Source: a virus. Taken from it: a stretch of 13,646 bases of DNA. The notes beneath the pieces were generated by a model. That model saw only the letters and a list, made by a program, of their open reading frames with translations, did not search any database and was not told the origin of the DNA. The position numbers and the translations under genes are program-made. Location: UHGV virus genome UHGV-0885819; one strand, 5' to 3'. Positions 7,902 to 13,646 of this stretch are shown here, piece after piece (within the stretch, counting starts at the first letter, position 1; the number at the start of each line of letters is the position of its first letter).

Positions 7902-8813
7902 ATGGACCAAACCACCGACATTCAGGCTTCTGAAGAATTAACCCTGCCCGGCAATCATGCAGCGGCATCTGCTGATGGCTTAGTTGTCGATAATGCCAAC
8001 GACAACGCAGGTCAGGAAGAAGGCTTCGAGATTGTCCTGAAAGACGATGAGAAACCAAAACAAGACCCGGCAACTAATGCTGAATTTGCCCGTCGCCGCA
8101 TCGAACGCAAACGCCAGCGTGAGCTTGAGCAACAGATGGAAGCGGTTAAGCGGGGAGAGTTGCCGGAGCACCTGCGGGTGAACCCTGAGTTACCAAAACA
8201 ACCAGACCCTAACGATTATCTTTCCGAAGACGCACTGGCTAAGTACGACTATGACCAGAGCCGCGCACTGGCTGCCTTCCAGCAGGCAAACAGTGAATGG
8301 CAGATCAAGGCTATGGATGCACGAAGCCAGGCTGTCGCCGAGCAGGGTCGCAAAACTCAGGAGTTCACCCAGCAATCAGCGCAATACGTCGAGGCAGCCC
8401 GTAAGCACTACGACGCAGCGGAAAAGCTCAATATCCCTGACTATCAGGAGAAAGAGGATGCATTCATGCAACTGGTGACGCCAGCAGTCGGTGCCGACAT
8501 CATGCGCCTCTTCCCGGAGAAATCCGCTGCTCTCATGTATCACCTTGGTGCTAATCCTGAGAAAACACGCCAGTTGCTGGCGATGGACGGGCAATCCGCG
8601 CTGATTGAACTCACTCGACTGTCAGAACGTTTAACTCTCAAGCCTCGAGCCAAACCTGTTTCAGAAGCCCCGCTACCTGATGAACCCATTCAGGGACACG
8701 CTGTTGCTGCAAATATATCTGCGATTGAAAAGCAGATGGAAGCGGCAGCAAACAAAGGGGATGTAGAGACATACCGCAAGCTTAAGGCGCAACTGAATAA
8801 AGGAATTCGATAA
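7902..8813 (+). CDS. 8: Scaffolding protein, P22 gp8-like (303 aa)
   Basis: Protein [50 protein letters not shown]... resembles P22 gp8 in sequence and has the same length; it ends in a helix-turn-helix-like coat-binding tail. Confidence 0.9.
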   Translation: MDQTTDIQASEELTLPGNHAAASADGLVVDNANDNAGQEEGFEIVLKDDEKPKQDPATNAEFARRRIERKRQRELEQQMEAVKRGELPEHLRVNPELPKQPDPNDYLSEDALAKYDYDQSRALAAFQQANSEWQIKAMDARSQAVAEQGRKTQEFTQQSAQYVEAARKHYDAAEKLNIPDYQEKEDAFMQLVTPAVGADIMRLFPEKSAALMYHLGANPEKTRQLLAMDGQSALIELTRLSERLTLKPRAKPVSEAPLPDEPIQGHAVAANISAIEKQMEAAANKGDVETYRKLKAQLNKGIR

Positions 8814-10108
8814 TGGCATTAAATGAAGGTCAACTGGTCACGTATGCTCTGGATGAAATCATCGAAACCGTCCAGAACCTGACGCCAATGGCGTCCAAAG
8901 TGACAAAATACACCCCTCCGGCAGAATCCATGCAGCGTTCAAGCAACACCGTGTGGATGCCTGTTGAGCAGGAAGCGCCAACCCAGACTGGCTGGGATTT
9001 AACTGGCAACGCAACCGGGATTCTGGAACTCTCCGTGAAGTGCAACATGGGCGATCCGGATAACGATTTCTTCGAGCTTCGTGCAGATGACCTGCGTGAT
9101 GAGCGTTCTTACCGTCGCCGCATCCAGGCATCCGCCAAAAAACTGGCGAATAACATTGAGTCAGCGATTGCCAAACAGGCAACTGAAATGGGCTCGCTTG
9201 TTGTTCACGATACCCGCGCAATTGGTCCATCTACTGGCCTGTCTGGCTGGGATTTTGTGTCTGATGCAGAGCGCCTGATGTTCTCCCGTGAGCTAAACCG
9301 CGATATGGGCATCAGTTACTTCCTGAACCCTGACGATTACCGCAAAGCAGGCCGCAACCTGGTAGATGGCGACATCTTCGGGCGAGTTCCTGAAGAAGCG
9401 TATCGCAACGGTACTATTCAGCGTCAGATTGCTGGCTTTGATGAAATTCTTCGCTCACCTAAACTTCCGGCAGTTACCAAGTCAACCGCTACTGGTGTAA
9501 CTGTTTCTGGTGCGCAGAAGTTTAAGCCGCAGGCATACACTCTTGATACCGATGGTAACAAAGAGAACGTCGACAACCGTGTTGCAACGGTGACCGTATC
9601 CTCCACCACCGGATTTAAGCGCGGCGACAAAATCAGCTTCACTGGCGTGAAATTCCTGTCTCAGATGGCGAAGAACGTGCTGACTGATGACGCGACTTTC
9701 TCAATCACCCGTGTGATCGATGGTACTCACATCGAAATCACGCCGAAGCCGATTGCGCTTGATGACGCTTCACTGACAAAAGAAGAGAAGGCTTACGCTA
9801 ACGTAAACACCTCTCTTGCTGATACCACTCCGGTAAACGTTCTGAACGTGGCAACGACCACCGCTAACGTGTTCTGGGCTGATGACTCAATCCGTCTGCT
9901 GTCTCAGCCGATCCCGGTAACCCATGAACTGTTTGCTGGCATGAAAACGTCTTCCTTCAGCATTCCTGGTATTGGTGTTAACGGCATCTTCGCAACGCAG
10001 GGTGATATCAACACTCTGTCTGGTAAGTGCCGTATTGCTGTGTGGTATTCAGCATGTGCTGTACGACCAGAGGCAATTGGTGTTGGTCTGCCTAACCAGA
10101 CCGCGTGA
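8813..10108 (+). CDS. 5: Major coat protein, P22 gp5-like (431 aa)
   Basis: Protein [54 protein letters not shown]... resembles P22 coat protein. Start overlaps the scaffold stop (TAATG). Confidence 0.9.
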   Translation: MALNEGQLVTYALDEIIETVQNLTPMASKVTKYTPPAESMQRSSNTVWMPVEQEAPTQTGWDLTGNATGILELSVKCNMGDPDNDFFELRADDLRDERSYRRRIQASAKKLANNIESAIAKQATEMGSLVVHDTRAIGPSTGLSGWDFVSDAERLMFSRELNRDMGISYFLNPDDYRKAGRNLVDGDIFGRVPEEAYRNGTIQRQIAGFDEILRSPKLPAVTKSTATGVTVSGAQKFKPQAYTLDTDGNKENVDNRVATVTVSSTTGFKRGDKISFTGVKFLSQMAKNVLTDDATFSITRVIDGTHIEITPKPIALDDASLTKEEKAYANVNTSLADTTPVNVLNVATTTANVFWADDSIRLLSQPIPVTHELFAGMKTSSFSIPGIGVNGIFATQGDINTLSGKCRIAVWYSACAVRPEAIGVGLPNQTA

Positions 10109-10113
10109 TAACC

Positions 10114-10140
10114 AGAGGGAGCTTCGGCTCCCTTTTCTAT
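10114..10140 (+). terminator. Tetraloop hairpin terminator or attenuator just after the coat gene
   Basis: Stem GAGGGAGC (10114-10121) / GCTCCCTT (10126-10133) closed by a TTCG tetraloop and followed by TTTTCTATT. Confidence 0.5.
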
Positions 10141-10151
10141 TGGAGATACCA

Positions 10152-10739
10152 ATGAGCGTAATGATTTTTCAGGCTGGCGGAGATACCAAAATATGGGGGC
10201 GCAAGCTGAAAACGAAAACCGTTGATCCTGATGATGTAGCTGTGCACTTAGCAAATGGCTGGTATAAGCACCCTGACGATGTTCCTGATGATCCTCTTGT
10301 TGGTGATCAAATTGGGAGTGTTGGCGTAGGTGAAACTTCCCCAGTTGATATGGGCGAAGTGTCCGACGGTTATCACACTTTTAACGAGCTTTACGCTCAC
10401 CGAGTGCGCCTCTTCTCATCGCTGATGCATGCTTACGCTGAGCTTTCGTGGTGGTCTCGCAAACACAGTGACGGTGAAGAGTGGGATGGCTGGATTATTG
10501 CTGGTATCACCACTCCAGAAGGCGAAATCACTTATCACCTACCTGTTGAAGAAATCGAGTTCCTTCCTGAAGGTACTGAGCTTGAGTTCGGGAAAGAGTG
10601 GGATGGTCATGAAGCAAATGATGTTCTTGGACGACTCCTGAGTTTGCGTCCGGCCATTGCAGAGCCAGAAGAAAAACAGCGTAAAAAGCCTGGTCGAAAA
10701 CCTAAGGCGGCAGCAGATGAACCTGACAACGAAGGGTGA
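10152..10739 (+). CDS. Unrecognised acidic protein (195 aa) between the coat and gp4 genes
   Basis: ATG at 10152 with GGAG 6 nt upstream; its 3' end overlaps the gp4 start by 23 nt. By my count the product has roughly twice as many acidic as basic residues, plus a lysine-rich tail ([11 protein letters not shown]). The upstream part of the six-frame ORF (9972-10151) overlaps coat and is not coding. Confidence 0.7.
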   Translation: MSVMIFQAGGDTKIWGRKLKTKTVDPDDVAVHLANGWYKHPDDVPDDPLVGDQIGSVGVGETSPVDMGEVSDGYHTFNELYAHRVRLFSSLMHAYAELSWWSRKHSDGEEWDGWIIAGITTPEGEITYHLPVEEIEFLPEGTELEFGKEWDGHEANDVLGRLLSLRPAIAEPEEKQRKKPGRKPKAAADEPDNEG

Positions 10740-11217
10740 TTTAGTTCTTGCGGCATTACGTAAGCTCGGTGTGGCATCAAATGCCACGTTAACCGATGTC
10801 GAACCGCAGTCTATGGAAGACGGCGTTAACGACCTTGAAATGATGATGGCTGAATGGCTTGGCGGTGATGCGTCACCTGGTATCAACGTTGGCTACATTT
10901 TTGCTGATGCAGATGTTGCTCCGGATCCGGGCGATGAGCACGGCTTATCAAATAACGCTATTAATGCCGTCATTTTCAACCTTGCCTGCCGCATTGCTCC
11001 AGATTATGCGCTGGAAGCGTCTGCAAAACTTATAACCACTGCCAGATACGGGAAAGAGCGACTCGTCAAACTGTCTGCAATGGACAGAGCAAAAGCCGCT
11101 AAATGTAAGTCCGGTTATCCAAACCGTATGCCTGTTGGTAGCGGTAACCAGTTGGCGAAGTGGAACGGTTGGAATTACTTCCACCGAAAGGAACCTTGCG
11201 ATAACGGGAGCGAATAA
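10717..11217 (+). CDS. 4: Tail accessory factor, P22 gp4-like (166 aa from ATG 10717)
   Basis: Protein [47 protein letters not shown]... matches P22 gp4 in sequence and length. The upstream TTG at 10657 in the ORF track is unlikely to be the start. Confidence 0.85.
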   Translation: MNLTTKGDLVLAALRKLGVASNATLTDVEPQSMEDGVNDLEMMMAEWLGGDASPGINVGYIFADADVAPDPGDEHGLSNNAINAVIFNLACRIAPDYALEASAKLITTARYGKERLVKLSAMDRAKAAKCKSGYPNRMPVGSGNQLAKWNGWNYFHRKEPCDNGSE

Positions 11218-12635
11218 TGCCGATTCAGCAACTTCCGCTTATGAAAGGTGTCGGCAAAGACTTCAGAAACGCCGACTATATCGACTATCTGCCAGTGAAT
11301 ATGCTGGCTACCCCCAAAGAAATCCTGAACAGCAGCGGATATCTTCGCTCATTCCCGGGCATTGCCAAACGTTCTGATGTGAACGGCGTATCGCGCGGCG
11401 TCGAGTACAACATGGCGCAGAGTGCTGTTTATCGCGTGTGTGGTGGCAAGTTGTATAAGGGCGAAAGCGAAGTCGGTGATGTTGCCGGAAGTGGTCGTGT
11501 ATCAATGGCGCACGGTCGGACATCACAGGCGGTAGGCGTTAATGGTCAACTGGTCGAGTATCGCTATGATGGCACGGTTAAAACCGTCTCAAACTGGCCT
11601 ACAGACAGCGGATTCACGCAGTATGAGTTAGGTTCGGTCCGTGACATTACGAGCTTACGTGGTCGTTATGCGTGGTCAAAAGACGGCACTGATTCATGGT
11701 TTATCACTGACCTTGAAGACGAATCGCATCCTGACCGTTACAGCGCACAATATCGTGCTGAGTCTCAGCCTGACGGTATCATCGGCATCGGAACATGGCG
11801 AGACTTCATCGTCTGCTTTGGTTCATCGACGATTGAATATTTCTCCCTGACTGGCGCAACCACCGTTGGTGCTGCTTTGTATGTCGCACAGCCATCACTG
11901 ATGGTGCAAAAAGGCATCGCCGGGACTTACTGCAAAACGCCATTCTCTGATTCATATGCGTTCATCAGCAATCCGGCAACAGGTGCGCCGTCTGTGTACA
12001 TCATCGGCTCCGGTCAGGTGTCACCAATCGCCAGTGCGAGCATTGAGAAAATCCTCCGCTCCTACACTGCTGATGAACTGGCTGATGGCGTGATGGAATC
12101 GCTGCGATTTGATGCGCATGAGCTGCTGATTATCCATCTTCCGCGCCATGTTCTCGTGTACGACGCATCTTCAAGCGCCAATGGTCCGCAATGGTGCGTA
12201 CTGAAAACAGGACTGTATGACGATGTGTACCGCGCTATCGACTTCATTTACGAAGGCAATCAGATAACGTGCGGCGATAAGCTGGAATCGGTGACCGGGA
12301 AATTGCAATTCGATATCAGCAGCCAGTACGACAAGCAACAGGAACATCTGCTGTTTACTCCTCTGTTCAAAGCGGATAACGCCAGAGTGTTCGATCTTGA
12401 GGTTGAATCGTCAACTGGCGTTGCGCAGTACGCCGACCGCCTGTTCCTCTCTGCAACCACTGACGGCATAAATTACGGACGTGAGCAGATGATTGAACAG
12501 AATGAACCGTTCGTTTACGACAAACGCGTTTTGTGGAAGCGAGTTGGGCGCATCAGGAAAAATGTCGGCTTCAAATTGCGCGTTATAACGAAGTCACCTG
12601 TCACTCTGTCTGGTTGCCAGATAAGGATTGAGTAA
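11217..12635 (+). CDS. 10: Tail accessory factor, P22 gp10-like (472 aa)
   Basis: Length and position match P22 gene 10; start overlaps the gp4 stop (TAATG) with GGGAG upstream. Confidence 0.85.
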   Translation: MPIQQLPLMKGVGKDFRNADYIDYLPVNMLATPKEILNSSGYLRSFPGIAKRSDVNGVSRGVEYNMAQSAVYRVCGGKLYKGESEVGDVAGSGRVSMAHGRTSQAVGVNGQLVEYRYDGTVKTVSNWPTDSGFTQYELGSVRDITSLRGRYAWSKDGTDSWFITDLEDESHPDRYSAQYRAESQPDGIIGIGTWRDFIVCFGSSTIEYFSLTGATTVGAALYVAQPSLMVQKGIAGTYCKTPFSDSYAFISNPATGAPSVYIIGSGQVSPIASASIEKILRSYTADELADGVMESLRFDAHELLIIHLPRHVLVYDASSSANGPQWCVLKTGLYDDVYRAIDFIYEGNQITCGDKLESVTGKLQFDISSQYDKQQEHLLFTPLFKADNARVFDLEVESSTGVAQYADRLFLSATTDGINYGREQMIEQNEPFVYDKRVLWKRVGRIRKNVGFKLRVITKSPVTLSGCQIRIE

Positions 12636-13336
12636 TGGCTGATTCGAATCTCAATGAGCCGGTAACAATTCAGGCTACACGACTCGATACATCAATCCTT
12701 CCACGCAATATATTCAGCCAGTCTTACCTGCTGTATGTCATTAATCAGGGGGCTGATGTTGGCGCAATTGCCGGGAAGGCAAATCAGGCTGGTCAGGGCG
12801 CTTACGATGCTCAGGTGAAAAACGATGAACAGGATGTCGAACTGGCTGATCACGACGCAAGAATCACCGCAAACACAAAAGCGATAAATCTCCTTGAGGT
12901 CAGGTTAACAACCGCCGAAGGGAAGATAGTCGTACTGCGTAGCGATGTTGATTACTTGCTGGATGAGGTTATCGATATTCAGGCGCATCTGGTCACTGTT
13001 GACCAAAGACTGGATGGCGTAGAAAGCGATGTATCTGACATTAAGAGTGATTACGTATCGAAAACCGTAACCGAATTGCAGTCTCTTGAGTCACCGCTGG
13101 ATGTAAAAACATCATATTCAGTTGATGGAATTCAGGTTGTTGGAGCAAGAAATACTGGATGGACTGCAGCCACAGGTACGCCACTTCTTGGCTCATTCAA
13201 CGCAAACCAGTCATACATTGTCGGCACTACGTACACGCAATCCGAAGTCGCAGCTCTCGCTACAGGTTTGCAGCAGTCGCGGCAGCGTATTCTGGCGCTT
13301 GAAACGGCACTTAGATTACATGGGCTGATTGACTGA
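12635..13336 (+). CDS. 26: Tail needle (cell-envelope-penetrating plug), P22 gp26-like (233 aa)
   Basis: N-terminus [73 protein letters not shown]... resembles P22 gp26, followed by a heptad-like coiled-coil region; same length as P22 gp26. Confidence 0.85.
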   Translation: MADSNLNEPVTIQATRLDTSILPRNIFSQSYLLYVINQGADVGAIAGKANQAGQGAYDAQVKNDEQDVELADHDARITANTKAINLLEVRLTTAEGKIVVLRSDVDYLLDEVIDIQAHLVTVDQRLDGVESDVSDIKSDYVSKTVTELQSLESPLDVKTSYSVDGIQVVGARNTGWTAATGTPLLGSFNANQSYIVGTTYTQSEVAALATGLQQSRQRILALETALRLHGLID

Positions 13337-13646
13337 TGATTACATTCAAACCAACGCGAAACATCGACCTGATAGAAGCTGTCGGAAATCACCCTGACAT
13401 TATTGCCGGAAGCAACAACGGTGATGGATACGACTACAAGCCTGAATGCCGTTACTTTGAGGTGAACGTGCACGGGCAGTTCGGCGGCATTGTTTACTAT
13501 CAGGAGATTCAGCCGCTTACATTCGATTGCCACGCCATGTACCTGCCAGAGGTTCGTGGATTCAGCAAGGAAATCGGACTGGCGTTCTGGCGATACATTC
13601 TGACTAACACCACCGTTCAGTGCGTCACATCGTTCGCCGCACGCAA
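13336..13646 (+). CDS. 14: P22 gene 14 position (first 103 codons; runs off the 3' edge of the window)
   Basis: ATG overlaps the gp26 stop (TGATG). The frame stays open to the window end ([51 protein letters not shown]...). Identity is assigned by synteny, not sequence recall. Confidence 0.6.
   Translation, partial: MITFKPTRNIDLIEAVGNHPDIIAGSNNGDGYDYKPECRYFEVNVHGQFGGIVYYQEIQPLTFDCHAMYLPEVRGFSKEIGLAFWRYILTNTTVQCVTSFAAR

Noticed and set aside
9972-10151. Upstream extension of the acidic gene given in the six-frame track (start at 9972)
   Set aside because: This part overlaps the coat gene in another frame and the terminator hairpin. The ATG at 10152 with GGAG 6 nt upstream is the credible start.
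9904-10254. Minus-strand ORF of 116 aa across the coat/acidic-gene junction
   Set aside because: Antisense to the coat 3' end and the terminator hairpin; no start context and no recognisable motifs.
10657-10716. Longer gp4 reading frame starting at TTG 10657
   Set aside because: The ATG at 10717 gives a 166-aa product matching P22 gp4 in length and N-terminus as I recall it; the TTG extension has no supporting start context.
13132-13533. Minus-strand ORF of 133 aa spanning the gp26/gp14 junction
   Set aside because: It lies entirely antisense to two well-supported + strand genes, has no ribosome-binding site or recognisable product, and is best explained as a chance open frame.
1-13646. Integrase, transposase, insertion sequence or CRISPR array
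   Set aside because: No recombinase-like ORF, no terminal inverted repeats and no regularly spaced direct repeats were seen; the window is a contiguous phage late region.

Overview
This window is the late region of a mosaic lambdoid (pro)phage, with every supported gene on the + strand. It opens with a lambda-type late-control and lysis cassette: the 3' end of antiterminator Q, the pR' promoter with its short leader, the tR' terminator, two tRNA genes (Asn-GTT and Thr-TGT) sitting where lambda has only spacer, then S holin, R endolysin and the Rz/Rz1 spanins. A small accessory ('moron') cluster follows (about 2.25-3.75 kb): a 166-aa two-domain protein whose C-terminal half looks DUF2829/Tad2-like, a 112-aa conserved phage protein and a 70-aa ORF, separated by unusually long structured spacers. 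The rest is a P22-type packaging and morphogenesis module in canonical order: small terminase (with a pac-like site), large terminase, portal, scaffold, coat, an unrecognised acidic 195-aa gene, then gp4, gp10, gp26 tail needle and the start of gp14. The most interesting candidates are the DUF2829-like protein (possible anti-Thoeris sponge) and the acidic gene between coat and gp4. All identifications rest on my recall of lambda and P22 sequences and on reading the sequence; nothing was checked against a database.
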